A stretch of 64,000 nt of DNA from Candidatus Poribacteria bacterium (GTDB taxonomy: Bacteria; Poribacteria; WGA-4E; WGA-3G): the NCBI GenBank assembly GCA_965242965.1, contig OZ251518.1:704001-768000 (forward strand), in the 5' to 3' direction. Under the pieces are notes generated by a model. The model saw nothing but the letters and a program-made list of their open reading frames with translations, was not told where the DNA came from and made no database searches. This document shows, piece by piece, positions 51,401 through 57,255 of this stretch. Positions within the stretch are counted from its first letter, which is position 1; each line of letters opens with the position of its first letter. The position numbers were made by a program, and so were the translations under genes.

Positions 51401-51671
51401 CTATCCGAATCCGTTCAACCCGGAGACGTGGATACCTTATGACTTGGCAGAGGCAGTCTCGGTGACGTTGACATTTTATGATGTGCGCGGTCGCGTGGTG
51501 CGGACATTGGCATTAGGGCATCGTCCGGCGGGTGTTTACCGCACTAAGGCGCGCGCAGCCTATTGGGATGGCAGAAATGCGCAAGGTGAGCGTGTGGCGA
51601 GTGGTATCTATTTCTACACCTTCACCGCTGGCGATTTCACTGCCACCGGCAAGTTAGTTGTTAGAAAGTAG
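30438..51671 (+). CDS. Giant secreted/surface protein: ~26 FN3 alternating with ~29 cadherin-like domains, two lamin-tail domains, a dockerin-like pair and a C-terminal FlgD-Ig/sorting-like domain (start uncertain)
   Basis: Cadherin-like V.EN.T.V..V.ATD.D..Y.ITGGAD..KF.I..APDYE; FN3 P..P.V..L.V.W.AP..Y.VQYR..YEVQVRA.N..G.WS; VVINEI and ISEVMF..QWIEVFN; DVNGDG twice; ETALLPNYPNPFNPETWIPY. Signal peptide at aa ~109-136. Domain counts were made by eye. Confidence 0.9.
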   Translation: MDTPATLLRKHAAIISALNKACTRKTWASQSRSRVQKMTMHYTDRDLTPPLTIRMLTSDTPERRAGEIGGHRDQEVLPTVVHRDQEVSPTGILHRGQEVSPTGSNRDARRRISVAGLLAFALACALFALPHNAAAQILAGGYGPSGFTPAALFRNTTPRFVTTYEDNRFVMRLTTGPGGYLYDSRNPSGDGSNIRFEILRDTYHDSQSNVVTGWWGDNSHFEVLNTARDGYQRGTILFKTAPDYENPTDRRLRYQRHQPLRNPWLPHLGREESPWYTRSYREDNQYWLSVRVTLDGVAGAHPTYLTIPVYVEKDLDKEPPVFRDTLPSLFHVTENHRLVTQLRLGGSNAHIYDLANPQGQSEGRSITLGITSWGDGGKFSVFNSPSGIYGRGAIVFNAAPDKENPTDILIAGTSPAGNNGYHLELSASVTDRLGATHTSKQKLIVRVVNEWDTPPQKPINLRQTAVGSGSGEAGRTVTLKWTQPVIQSRDDAPWKYLVQVWGWDPDRRVLSTFINIPRFDFQQPGIPEQEHQIVLPSNGIFLVQVKPSNRRDGTPSDKIPVVTNGVNTNPAFSSGTQFWIPEHQTRVSNFTAAATDADPEDRRIRYELNTTFGDAALFQIDSTTGAFSFRQPPDYENPRDVKTVLSSFQTSPAGDNVYLVKFKATGDVPDTYKSYTVGYKPSPDRARSTEQLVTITVFDVIEHLGTPDAPTVTVSAQVDTNGRNKLLVRWDAPDNTGPPIIGYDLQYRDTATLPFTGNGNDVAFTGAGTSLIYARSNGNVNYQFRVRAKNNDGKSLWSDWGSVVINTPPVFSSANTANVAENTTSTGITVTATDADTGDTAPRYAITGGVDAGKFTLDSTTGVLTFTNAPDYDNPTDLASTDPVNAANNNVYLVQVTATSGVAPRLATASQLITVTVTNVIEPPGTPDAPTVVSGFSANSILLLNVTWTAPSNTGPAIDDYDVRYRFKVTSGNPIPWTDAGHTGTATSLQLTNALNNTTYEVQVRAHNTEGWSPWSDSGEETAIDNNAPRFTMSSTSFEVPEHYYKPWRKIAQLTAVDDDNLDDVRSFSIVGGADAQKFKLFSSGQLWWDFFINRLPAPDYENPVDAASTTVPKATAGDNVYSIVVQVESEGIAPGMTAQQRVARRRSTRQTLTITVTDVDEPPGALTSLAAQPHSSNETHLDVSWQPPNMTGKPPITGYDVRYRKQGTTAWSIVSAKYVPLFAGASRTGALLNVGQDTGTGDKYIVLDRLTKSTTYEVQLRAKNDEGKGPWSDSATATTNAQPTVTPTSFTVQENQRSVGTFSVTDSDQQDNAYITYAIPAISVSLSPDHAQFTVDAQGNLQTVSASGLDYENPTSASGTNTYTFTLQVRSGPAANHKRNRISLPTITVTVTNGNELPGKPSPPGVSPAPASNSKLDVTWSAPSNPGPAIKYYNLRYRKGTTGSFTVLNANILPPSGGAVPARRLTGLQADSSYEVQVRAVNGEGSGPWSDSGTGRTNAAGADPLTDNQVPRFTSNASFSVVENTTAVGTVTATDADTQDNVTGYTLGGADSSKFQITGGGVLTFITAPDHEAPVSTDSSNLYIVTVTASSGVGNRARTASQVVSVTVTDVPPPTAPDSIDVRPTSGTSLTLSWSAASTTAGYAVTDYDVRYSGDSGTTWTDVAHDTDARSATISSLSSNIDYSIQVRATSYEGTGPWSPSATGWTNAPPVVTADKLYTVVENSPPSTTIATFTASDADSRDGTPTLVLEGADKSQFVLSSSGVLTFKVAPNFERPTDVLNTAPTAPADRSEHWDNDYSLRVKATSGTGQRLASTYTPWFKVRVTNIPPPEKPAAPTLTAASATPSELGVTWTAPTTTSGYPITDYDLRFRRVTSENNGIYAYPRHSGTSRTKTLRYLATGTAYEVQVRARNSEGTGPWSDVAQRSTAANAAPTFSTTAFSVNEGLSTVGTVIATDSDSADSVVKYEIGGGSDSAKFSIVEEGENAGKLTFVSLPDFENPTDIAHSAPTPTNAAANNEYIVFIVATSGTAAREEQTYQRITVTVNDVNEAPVLSPITLSAVEENTTAVTTVTATDPDETSGGEARDVITYTLSGADSGKFQITPEGVLTFVTAPDFENPGDVLSTTPTNPASDNEYVVVVTATSAAGTPRELSAPSRTLIVEVSDALEPPAAPDAPSVSAVTGWPDKLDVTWTAPANTGKPAILHYHVQYQKSGAADWTSHSSEIAAATTTLRITGLESGASYNVQVRADNVEGEGTWSRSGTGTTNALTSWLPQFGSVDPTYPVAENTTAVGTITATDATNADVTFSIPGTDTAGGVDRAKFSITAGGVLTFNTAPNYEDAQDAESTSPANAAGNNEYIVKVEAAASGRGSATQTVTVRVTDVDEEPGKPLAPTVRAATATPTKLSVTWTAPTNTGPDINDYDVQYRAGSTGQFTDASYDGTGTSTTLTGLTQGTAYEVQVRATNPEDTGSWSDSGSATTAGNAKPSFTTMAFSVVENITGVGTVTATDSDSGDSITRYAITGGADSTKFSITETGANIGKLVFSAAPDFEANGSAASNNSYKVEITATSGTADRQATTAATFTITVTNAVEKPIAPGRPTVEAVTTNPAALSVSWSAPANAGKPAITGYQLQYRKGSTGTFSSAAGTVTGTSTTLRGLDTGTSYQVRVQATNADGDSTWSDPGTGTTATNVKPTFSSTTLSVAENETTVDTVTATDSDASDSVTRYQITGGADRAKFSITETGTNIGKLVFDSAPDYEASASAAGNNTYKIHITVTSGTGARQLTTARAFTITVTDAPEPPAAPGTPSVSAVTGWPDRLDVTWTAPANTGKPAIQHYHVRYGVDEATVSWTEKTGTADEITGTLTTRLTGLSSGETYQVQVRADNAEGTGTWSRSGKGTTTALTALLPPAFGSVNPLTYDVEENTTAVGTITPTNTRVTFSIPTTAATGGVDRAKFSITSNGVLTFVTAPDYENAQDLASTSPSNAAGNNEYIVKVKAAASGWGSVTQTVLVTVTNALEPPAAPGTPSVSAVENWPDRLDVTWIAPLNTGKPAIQHYHVRYGVDGASVTWTEKTGTADEITGTLTTRLTGLASGETYQVQVRADNAEGTGTWSRSGTGTTNALTSWLPQFGSVDPTYDVAENTTAVQTITATDATNAQITFSIPGTDATGGVDRAKFSITAGGVLTFVAAPNYEDAQDAESTSPVNAAGNNEYIVKVQAAASGRGSATQTVTVRVTNVREKPGKPLAPTVRAADATPTKLSVTWAAPTNTGPAIDDYDVQYRAGSTGLFTDASYDGTGTSTTLTGLTQGTLYEVQVRATSDEGTGSWSDSGSATTAGNAKPSFTTTALSVEENLTSVGTVTATDSDIGDSIAGYAITGGADETKFSITASTGALVFQTAPDFEANGSAASNNSYKVEITATSGTGARLATKAATFTITVTNAMEKPIAPGMPTVNGVATNPAALSVSWSAPANAGKPAITGYQLQYRKGSENFTLAAGTVTGTSTTLRGLDTGTSYDVEVRAVNVDGESPWSDTGTGTTTTNVKPSFTSSATFSVVENTTAVGTVTATDSDTDDSVTGYAVTGGADSAKFSITASTGALVFSAAPDYEANASAAGNNTYKVQVTATSGTGARQTTAAQAITVTVTDATEKPLVPTGLKITATTLTSLTAGWNAPNNVGRPALRGYDVTYRQGNSGAWTDAGHTGVGTSQMLSSLTSGRSYQVRVLAKNDDGSSGWTSPVTGTTETDTAPSFTSAASFSLDENTTTVGTVVATDSDSGDSILRYAITGGADQAKFSITETGANIGKLVFSAAPDHEAKASAAGNNTYKVQVTATSGQGTRSLSTAQSITVTVNNVNEPPAKPGTPVVQAVAYYVDKLDVSWDPPTNTGKPAILHYHVQYQKSSATNWTLHSSEIAAGTTTLRLTGLEASATYNVQVRADNNEGEGTWSNSGIGTTNANAVLLPTFDPPEGTGGDGPTIDPPSGVDALYTVAENTTAVATITATDRTNAQVTFSIPTTDATGGVDRERFSITRLGGVLRFVAAPNYENPQDVASTSPVNAANNNEYIVKVTATASGRGSATQTLRVTVTDVREKPGKPLAPTVRAATATPTQLSVTWAAPTNTGPAITDYDVQYRAGSTGTFTDASYDGTVTSTTLTGLTQGTAYEVQVRATSPEDTGSWSDSGSGTTAGNAKPSFTTTALSVEENLTSVGTVTATDADDTVTGYAITGGADETKFTITKTGTNKGKLVFNTAPDYEANGSDAGDNAYKVEITATSGTGARLATTAATFTITVTNAVEKPIAPGMPTVEAVATNPAQLSVSWTAPANAGKPAITGYQLQYRKGNTGNFTSAAGTVTRTSTTLRGLDTGTSYQVQVQAKNDDGKSLWSASGTGTTATNAAPSFSTTSPFSVPENTTAVGTVTATDADTDDTVTGYAITGGADETKFSITATTGALVFQTAPDYEANASAAGNNTYKVEVTATSGTGARILSTAQSITVTVGDVDEPPAKPGTPVVQAVAHYDDKLKVSWTAPANTGKPAITDYDVQYQKNGAASWETHAHDGTGVTTQLTGLDENTKYFVKVQAISHEGETWSDAGSGRTNVNAVLLPEFEPPEGTGGDGPTIDPPSGIDALYTVAENTTAVATITATDRTNAQVTFSIPGTDATGGVDRERFSITTGGVLTFSAAPDYENPQDVASTSPVNAANNNEYIVKVQATATGRGSATQTVRVTVTDVNEGPAFSSASAFSVQENITAVTTVTATDPDRESDGATARDSITYTVEGTDASLFSISSTGALSFSTAPNFEVPGDKASIEPENAAENNEYLVTVKATSGTVARAKSAKLPLVVTVTDMPEKPGKPAKPTVTAVTNSVTKLDVSWNPPDNTGPPISGYNVQYKKSTAGSFTDISGDITTVSKRLTSLLPETSYQVRVRAKSVEGIGAWSDPETGTTNAYSDISPSQDNRRPRFTTSNSFSVPENSTAVTTVNAVDDDSGDGAPSYEITGGADSAKFSITASTGALVFSPAPDYEAKASAAGNNTYKVEITATTGGNGDRRLTASQNLTITVTNANEPPDAPTGLTVNGSTTTPMQLDVSWTAPTVPTSIPSLSGYDVEYRKGATGSWSSLTHTGTGRTAAITSLMAGASYQVRVRAKNSEGKSGWAQESGTTAGNAKPIFSTTTFSVDENTTAVGTVTATDSDDTVTGYAITGGADETKFSITASTGALVFDPAPNYEAKASAAGNNTYKVEITATSGTGARQATNAQPFTITVTNVLEAPEKPEKPTVTGLPEYPKRLKVSWTVPTNTGPEITEYQLQYRQEGVVAFTKAAGAVTTGTSTTLRGFTPGTTYEVQVKAKNAEGTSTWSDTGSGSTAANADAVFANSDTASVDENSPITTNILTLNATDADAGDSVSYSLSGGADAGAFTIADTNKLRFTTVPNHESPTDAASTSPSNAARNNEYIVVVKATSGTDERMTTAKQTLTITVTDVREPPDKPTAPSISDATLTTLKVSWTAPANAGKPTIDDYDVQYAKNVANPTWVSHMHVGASRSTTLTGLDTGTTYQVRVMAKNDEGNSTWSDTSTGTTIVNRGPAFSSTAATASVDENSAITTDIYTFIDGTAATDADPQDSVTGYTVTGGADKTKFEIQDTNKLRLKNVPDYEAQSSYVVEVKATSGAGARALQSDALTITVSVTDVPEPPNTPDAPRITETALTTLNVSWSEPDNDGKPPITDYDVRYGKNGANPMVWVAHTHVGAGRSTTLRDLDTGTNYDVQVLARNDEGASDWSPSGKGMTIVNKGPKFETSQVLGIDENQVIVGLLTAMDPDAEVDNTFTYKIVGGADGNLFVIGASVSNAEGQFAAVRGAESNAQEASIPGLLKFKSGMAPDYENPEDSDKNREYIVTVEVTSGTGARAMSTRQDFKVNTRDVRPRNVEQPIVTPVDGDGTKLKVEWAAPRREISDLPVNGYRVQYSADKSGLWTEHDYEGAEPPDPALVLSGLKPSTEYEVQVQARSLDRGSWEDSDWSESGEATTDSADPARDGSNSPPRFMSKAQPTIPENTMPVITLVAVDDDEQDKIMGFEITGGADAAMFMIENHDELRFKKAPDYEAMMEDSNSEDGDDTEPTNADELDACLVEVMATSGTGKRAKTVKQMLSVRVTDVSGPERPAKPKVSSVAGSTSKLRVKWRAPESFGLPISDYDVQYRADSAGAWKNAKYDGTGTSTDLTGLEAKETYLVQVRARNSEGRSPWSPSGSGSPSAEPTADAPDTDSGDPDEEGELPPDGAPAVPVIIEHKTVVINEIGNRTEDKYDWVELFNRAYEDVSLKDWSLSIVDKSVVHDVARDALESADGSMHDVELVHFKTDITIPARGYLLVMHSDPLAKENPLAGGIALATPREKPLPGQEQLMSSLPLSQCYIDTGLSLPDGDFLLILRDSATAEGTDEHLRDVAGNYYKPALVGAEPTLMWPLILDVRDVSNFNFRSDEVWARENTRIDGFCENAFVQAPYTGVGYDRAIAPTDAGGKHSGTPGYANDALKTKAADLEDPNCVSISEVMFATDTVARGPVPRDAGTNINGLPQWIEVFNCSETEAVSMENWRLEIRNRSNGGARAKATLIFNQALLIPPRQTVLLVSSSERAIKPRTAGRGLISSEPWPTSEHLPEAYIYSLYDEAAAQLRMTSRNDKVLSLTGFTLTLKDMTDEVVDVIGNHVEGEPIAWQLPVSKSESGARSSMLRRYVDGDAVDGQSAEAWVSAAETHLAGVQNGLYYGDATDISTPGYRGSMLTTFEMAATGTSIELTWQTASESNTAGFYVLRCDTRDGEFVTCNDLLIPGAGTTSTPQTYAWTDAKKTAGVAYWYRLEEESFAGVRQVLAKRQLTFAKADVNGDGEVNVQDLVFAAAGNGQPVPQAQKQNPDVNGDGIVNPQDVQAVLGVLEAKPGAAPAYPRLTANLLQPWIDEAKRLNLPDATFQRGIRELERLAAALAIPKETALLPNYPNPFNPETWIPYDLAEAVSVTLTFYDVRGRVVRTLALGHRPAGVYRTKARAAYWDGRNAQGERVASGIYFYTFTAGDFTATGKLVVRK

Positions 51672-51687
51672 TGGTCGGCTCCCGGCC

Positions 51688-52555
51688 CCCGTAGCGCGAG
51701 GGCCTGTCCCTCGCGATCGCATCGGTAGGGCGCGGCTCTGTAGTTCGGGATCGCCTGATCCCGAACGGGCAAGATGGCCGTTTCCGTAGCGCGAGGGCCT
51801 GTCCCTCGCGATTGTATCGGTGAAAAAAAACGGTTTTTGTTCTCTTCAGGTCCTTTAGGTCCTGCATGTCTATAGCACGCCGCGACATGAAGAGCCCTAA
51901 GGTCCTTTAGGTCCTTAATAGCTTTTGACGCGCCGCGTGTTTTCCGATTAAGGTCCTAACGGACCTTGAAAAGGGGGGAGCGCGTGTATCTATAGACATT
52001 TAGGTCCTAACGGACCTAGAAACGGCATCGTGACGCTAGCGATCGCGGGGGACAGGCCCCCGCGCTACAATAAAAAAGACGGTGCTCGTTATCGTAGGGC
52101 GTGGGCCTGTCCCGCGCCGTGCTGAGGATACTCAATACGCTAGCGATCGCGGGGGACAGGCCCCCGCGCTACGATGAAAAAGACGGTGCTCGTTATCGTA
52201 GGGCGTGGGCCTGTCCCGCGCCGTGCTGAGGATACTCAATACGCTAGCGATCGCGGGGGACAGGCCCCCGCGCTACGATAAAAGAGACGGTGCTCGTTAC
52301 CGTAGGGCGCGGGCCTGTCCCGCGCCGTGCTGAGGATACTCGATATGCCGTAGGGCGCGGGCCTGTCCCGCGCCAGGCCGCATGACGAAAAACGCTCTTC
52401 AGGTCCTTTAGGTCCTGCATGTCTAGAGCACGCCGCATCACGAAAAACTAAGGTCCGTAGGACCTTAATCGCCGAGGTATTGCATCGAGACCGGGAGGTC
52501 TCTCCTACGGGGTGCCCGCTGGCCCCGTAGCGCGAGGGCCTGTCCCTCGCGATCG
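51688..52555. repeat. REP mosaic with an AGGTCC/CTATAG element (51848-52020) and three tandem ~104-bp units (52033-52345)
   Basis: ACGCTAGCGATCGCGGGGGACAGG...GCTGAGGATACTC occurs three times. Confidence 0.9.
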
Positions 52556-52570
52556 AAAAGGAGAAAATAA

Positions 52571-55500
52571 ATGAAACAGACTTTTAAAACCAGTATCCAC
52601 AATTGTTTAACATCCCTGTGCATTGCAGGTATTATCACCGCGTTGGCTCTCCCGATGCCGACGCACGCCCAAGAAATAATAGAGAGCCCCACCATCAGTG
52701 CTATTCGCATCTATACCCCGAAAAACGGGGTTACCGTGGCGGTCAGCGACACAAATGAGTTAATTGCAAGTGGCGATGAAACCGAGGAGTCTCCAGTTGA
52801 CGAGGTAACCGAGAATACCTACATCACTGTCGGCACAGACATCTGGATTGAGGTAGTCTTTGACCCGGGCATCGATGCCGCTACCGCAATGCCTGTGGGG
52901 GATGCTGAGCCCGAAATTGACGCAGCGGCGGCAGCAATAGGAATGAGACTAGACCGGGGTGGTCCCGTCGATTCCGTGCGCGGACGCGACTATCTGAAAC
53001 CCGCGGTGCCTTATCCCAATAAACCTAAACCAGGAGAAAGTGACCCGAATCCTGTCTATACCAGCATCTTCTACAAATACACGGTTCAGGAAGGGGATTT
53101 GGATTTGGATGGCGGCTGGTTTGACGAAACCCCCTTTCAGGGAGGAAAACTCTACACTGAGGACAGTAGCGATCCCCTGGAGCTAAAACCTATTGACTTT
53201 GACAGCGGCGAACAACTTGCTAATTTCACTGAAACTGTCATCTACCCCAAAATCGCCGCTGTGCCTACCGAGATTACCGATATTAGAATCTACACCGGTG
53301 ATGTTCAGGTTGATGATAAGGGACAGCGGATAACGGATCCCAACACCGGCACCGAGATAATCAATGAGGATACCACCGTAGGCGTTGACGAACATATCTG
53401 GATTGAGATAGCGTTTAACATTCCAATCCATTCAACGAATGCCGCCATCCGCGCAGCGTTTGACAGGGGCGGGCCCAATAACGAGGATCCAGCCCGGGGA
53501 CGCGGCTTTCTCGGTCTGGACTCAGAAAAGGGGCATGATTACACCAAAACGGTTGCTGGAGGCTATCCTACCCTTCTCTACAAATACACTGTGCAAGAAG
53601 GAGACATGGATCTGGATGGCGGTTGGATGGACGAAACCCCTTTTGAGTGGGACAAGATGCGATTCGGCGGCGTTACTGATAAGACTTATAGGGAGAATCC
53701 CACTGATTTTACGCGGCATGGAAGCGGCGTTTTGCTGCCGCCCTACACGAAACGTATTTGGTATCCTACAATTGACGGCACCGCTGCTTTTGATGGCATC
53801 ATCGATTTAAGCGGGACGATTTTCAAGAACGATTTCCTTGTTGTGCATCCCTTCTCTCTTGACACGGGCGGCCTGGAAATTCTCGCCGCCCAGAGTTTAG
53901 AAACCGACGGTGAGTGGGAGAATTTAGAGGTATTTTTCCGCAACAGCGGCACGATTGAACTTCTCGCGCCACAAGGGTTGGGGATAAAGGAACGCGCCGT
54001 AGTCATCAGCGAAGTAATGTGGGGACTCGATGCCGCCGCCACGCCGGAGACAGCCAGCCAATGGATTGAGCTCTATAACATGGGTTTCGCGGGGACAGGG
54101 AATACCCTCTCTCTTGGTGAGTGGAAACTGCACTTTGTCAAAGGCGATTTTATCGTCCGTTCGGAAGTGAGCCTAAGTAGTGGAGACTACGATGTCATCG
54201 ATCAGGTGAGTAATGCGGGGTTCGGGTGGAATAGTTTCGTTGGGAATGTGCCTGGGCAGAATGGGCGTAGCGAGCGCGGTGAGTTGAACAATCAAGATGT
54301 CAAAGCCATCATTTCCATGTATCGTGAAATTGATTATGATACCGCTAGTCGCGCAAATGCAACCGATGACGATAAGTTCACGGCGGCGAAAGATGGCACG
54401 AACGGTGCGAATTGGAGTGCGGCTGCGCCACCCTCGAAGAACCTCGCCGACCCGAGAGTCGGCACCCCTGGTGACATTCCTCCGCCGCAGCCGGTGTTTG
54501 ACGCGACCCCTGTCCCGCGCACACCCGTTATCTTCAACGAAATCGGCAACGCGAACGGCAGCGACGGCGATTGGATAGAACTCCGCAACGTTACCAACCG
54601 AGAGGTAAACGTCGGCAAGTGGGAGATTAGCCTGCTGAACGCGAATAAGAGGGATGTCCGATTGGCAGTGATCCCCGAAGGCGAAGAGTTTGTCATCCCG
54701 GCGAGAGGTGTGTTGCTCATCGTGGCCACGCCGCCCGAAGAAAGTAGGCTCGCGCGCGGCATCGAATTCGGCGTTGAAGCACGAGATATTGAGCGCGCCG
54801 GCCTCGCGCACCTGTATCACGTCGCCGATGAATCAGACGATGAGTTGGCTCTTCCTGACTCTGGCAAATACCTCCTCATTCTCCGCAGCGAGAGCGATAA
54901 GCGCGCCACGCATGAAGCCATTATTGATGTTGCCGGAAATTACTTTGAGGACAAGGACGCGGACACTTACCGCACAAAGGTCTGGCCACTCCACGGCACC
55001 CTCGCTCCAAGAACTAACGACAAGGAAGAGGATTTGGATGCCCCCACCGTCTGGCGGCGCGCCAACCCGAATAGGGTGGGATACCACAAAGATGCTTGGA
55101 GAGAAGCGGCATGGACAGGACTCGGCTACGATAGAGCCGTCAAAGATACCCGCGCCAATGGCGGCACACCCGGGTATCCCAACGATGCCATTAAGAATCG
55201 AACCACCGAATTTGCAAACGATGTCTACGTCACTATCAGCGAGATTATGTTTGCTTCTGGCGATGGCAAATTGCCGCAGTGGATCGAACTCTATAACAGT
55301 TCCGAAACGCAGGCTGTCAACTTGAAGGACTGGCGATTGGACATTGAGAATTATGATTCTGAAGATTTGGGCTATCGGTTGAACGCCACACTCATCTTGG
55401 GTGAGAAGACGCTTTATCCGAACCAGACGCTTCTCATCGTCTCCCGCCGCGGGCAAAACTCCGAGGCGGATCACTTCCCCAATGAACGCATCTATAACTT

Positions 55501-56236
55501 ATGGGCAAATGCGGCACATCGCAAAGAACTACAGATGGTAAACCAGCGAGATCCGGTGCTGAGTGAAGTCGGTTTTTCGCTGCGGCTGAGCGATAGCAAG
55601 CAGGTGCCGATAGATGTCGTGGGCAATCTTGATGGCAATAAGCGCACCCGTAATGATAAACCCACGTGGGATTTGCCATCTGGTTGGACCAAGGATGACG
55701 AACGCCAGTCGATGATTCGCCGGTATGTGCAAGGCACGCGTGTCGCGCTAGATGGCACGGAGCCGGATGGATGGATACCCGCCGGTGCCACAAAGTTCCG
55801 GTATGTGCCGCTGTCCTATTACTACGGGCATGTTGACGACTTAGGCACACCTCTGTTCCGCAGTGGCGGGCCCTTGCCCGTTGAATTGGAGCACTTCGGC
55901 GTTTCGAGATGGACCTCAGACGGCGTGGTGATAACCTGGGCAACCGCATCGGAGATGGATAATGCCGGTTTCAACATTCTGCGACGCGAGGGACTTGAAG
56001 GCGTATTCCGCGTGGTGACACCGGTGTTGATTCCGGGTGCAGGCACGACAGGCGAGCGTAGCACCTATACCTTCACCGATAACACCGCCAAGGCTGGCGT
56101 GCTTTACTTCTATCAAATCGAAGATGTCTCCTTTGACGGCATGCATCAGGTATTAGCGACGCGTCGAATGAAAGGGCATGTCACGCCTGCGCATCGCGCG
56201 GTTACCACCTTCGGGGAAGTCAAGAAAGGGAATTGA
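52571..56236 (+). CDS. Secreted lamin-tail-domain protein with two N-terminal repeats of an unrecognised domain
   Basis: RBS AAGGAG, signal peptide ending THA-Q. IRIYT..IWIE..DRGGP..YKYTVQEGD.DLDGGW occurs twice. Three LTDs (ISEVMW, FNEIG, ISEIMF); LPVEL domain; C-terminal VTPAHRAVTTFGEVKK. Confidence 0.85.
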   Translation: MKQTFKTSIHNCLTSLCIAGIITALALPMPTHAQEIIESPTISAIRIYTPKNGVTVAVSDTNELIASGDETEESPVDEVTENTYITVGTDIWIEVVFDPGIDAATAMPVGDAEPEIDAAAAAIGMRLDRGGPVDSVRGRDYLKPAVPYPNKPKPGESDPNPVYTSIFYKYTVQEGDLDLDGGWFDETPFQGGKLYTEDSSDPLELKPIDFDSGEQLANFTETVIYPKIAAVPTEITDIRIYTGDVQVDDKGQRITDPNTGTEIINEDTTVGVDEHIWIEIAFNIPIHSTNAAIRAAFDRGGPNNEDPARGRGFLGLDSEKGHDYTKTVAGGYPTLLYKYTVQEGDMDLDGGWMDETPFEWDKMRFGGVTDKTYRENPTDFTRHGSGVLLPPYTKRIWYPTIDGTAAFDGIIDLSGTIFKNDFLVVHPFSLDTGGLEILAAQSLETDGEWENLEVFFRNSGTIELLAPQGLGIKERAVVISEVMWGLDAAATPETASQWIELYNMGFAGTGNTLSLGEWKLHFVKGDFIVRSEVSLSSGDYDVIDQVSNAGFGWNSFVGNVPGQNGRSERGELNNQDVKAIISMYREIDYDTASRANATDDDKFTAAKDGTNGANWSAAAPPSKNLADPRVGTPGDIPPPQPVFDATPVPRTPVIFNEIGNANGSDGDWIELRNVTNREVNVGKWEISLLNANKRDVRLAVIPEGEEFVIPARGVLLIVATPPEESRLARGIEFGVEARDIERAGLAHLYHVADESDDELALPDSGKYLLILRSESDKRATHEAIIDVAGNYFEDKDADTYRTKVWPLHGTLAPRTNDKEEDLDAPTVWRRANPNRVGYHKDAWREAAWTGLGYDRAVKDTRANGGTPGYPNDAIKNRTTEFANDVYVTISEIMFASGDGKLPQWIELYNSSETQAVNLKDWRLDIENYDSEDLGYRLNATLILGEKTLYPNQTLLIVSRRGQNSEADHFPNERIYNLWANAAHRKELQMVNQRDPVLSEVGFSLRLSDSKQVPIDVVGNLDGNKRTRNDKPTWDLPSGWTKDDERQSMIRRYVQGTRVALDGTEPDGWIPAGATKFRYVPLSYYYGHVDDLGTPLFRSGGPLPVELEHFGVSRWTSDGVVITWATASEMDNAGFNILRREGLEGVFRVVTPVLIPGAGTTGERSTYTFTDNTAKAGVLYFYQIEDVSFDGMHQVLATRRMKGHVTPAHRAVTTFGEVKKGN

Positions 56237-56267
56237 GTCCTGTGCTACAGTCTGGTAGGCTGAGTGC

Positions 56268-56810
56268 TCGCGGGGGACAGGCCCCCGCGCTATTGATAGG
56301 TTGAGCCATCGCGGGGGACAGGCCCCCGCGCTACGGTGTAGAGAGCGATTCTCTCCTATAGGGGATGGCCGGTTACCGTAGCGCGAGGGCCTGTCCCTCG
56401 CGATCTCCATCGTTAAGAGATGGCGTTTTAGGTCCTTTAGGACCTAAGAGACGTTTTTTTCGTAATGCGGGGGCCCTCGGATGCCACACGTGCATCCGAG
56501 TGGGTTTCCCCCGCGATCGTTGGAGTGCGCGGACGATGGCGAGGGACAGGCCCTCGCCCTACGATGAATACCGTTTTTTTTTTTTTCGTTTTCCCCTCTC
56601 TGTAGTTTGTGATCGCCTGATCACAAACGGGTCAAGATCAGGCGATCTTGACCTACAGGGCCTGGCGCGTGCATGAACGATGGCGAGGGACAGGCCCTCG
56701 CCCTACGATGAAGGGGGGCTTTCTGCCGCCGCGCCCCCAGTAGGAGAGACCTCCCGGTCTCGATTTCTGCCGGGCGATCGCGGGGGACAGGCCCCCGCGC
56801 TACGGTGTAA
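56268..56810. repeat. REP mosaic
   Basis: Multiple hairpin families as elsewhere in the window. Confidence 0.88.
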
Positions 56811-56883
56811 AAAACATTGCACCCTCTCTCCAAAACACAACAAAAAAATTGCCAAAAACGTTGAAATATGCTATAATAGTCTC

Positions 56884-57249
56884 ATGAAAGACTTTTTACT
56901 TCTCTTTTTCAACGTTTTATTAACTGTCATAGGGCAAATCTTGTTCAAACAGGGGATGAACTTGGTTGGCCGTATCGACAACGTTCGGAACGCACTCCCG
57001 AAACTAACGCAGGCGTTCCTGAACCCCTATATCCTCAGCGGCATCGCGATATATGGGTTCACGACACTCGTCTGGCTAGTAATTCTGTCCCGCGTCAAAC
57101 TCAGCATCGCCTATCCAATGCTGAGCTCCGGGTATGTGCTGTCCATCTTGTTTTCGTGGTTGCTTTTCAAAGAGTCCATCCCCAGAGTCCGCGTCATTGG
57201 TGCCCTGGTGATATGCATCGGTGTTTACCTCGTAGCGCAAGGAGATTAA
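56884..57249 (+). CDS. Small multidrug/EamA-like 4-TM transporter (ArnE/ArnF-like)
   Basis: GQILFKQG, LSRVKLSIAYPMLS, LFKESI. ATG 56884 lies 6 nt after TATAAT. Confidence 0.85.
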   Translation: MKDFLLLFFNVLLTVIGQILFKQGMNLVGRIDNVRNALPKLTQAFLNPYILSGIAIYGFTTLVWLVILSRVKLSIAYPMLSSGYVLSILFSWLLFKESIPRVRVIGALVICIGVYLVAQGD

Positions 57250-57255
57250 CGAGAA

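Noticed and set aside
52033-52345. Three evenly spaced repeats resembling a mini-CRISPR
   Set aside because: Whole ~104-bp units are duplicated with no unique spacers.
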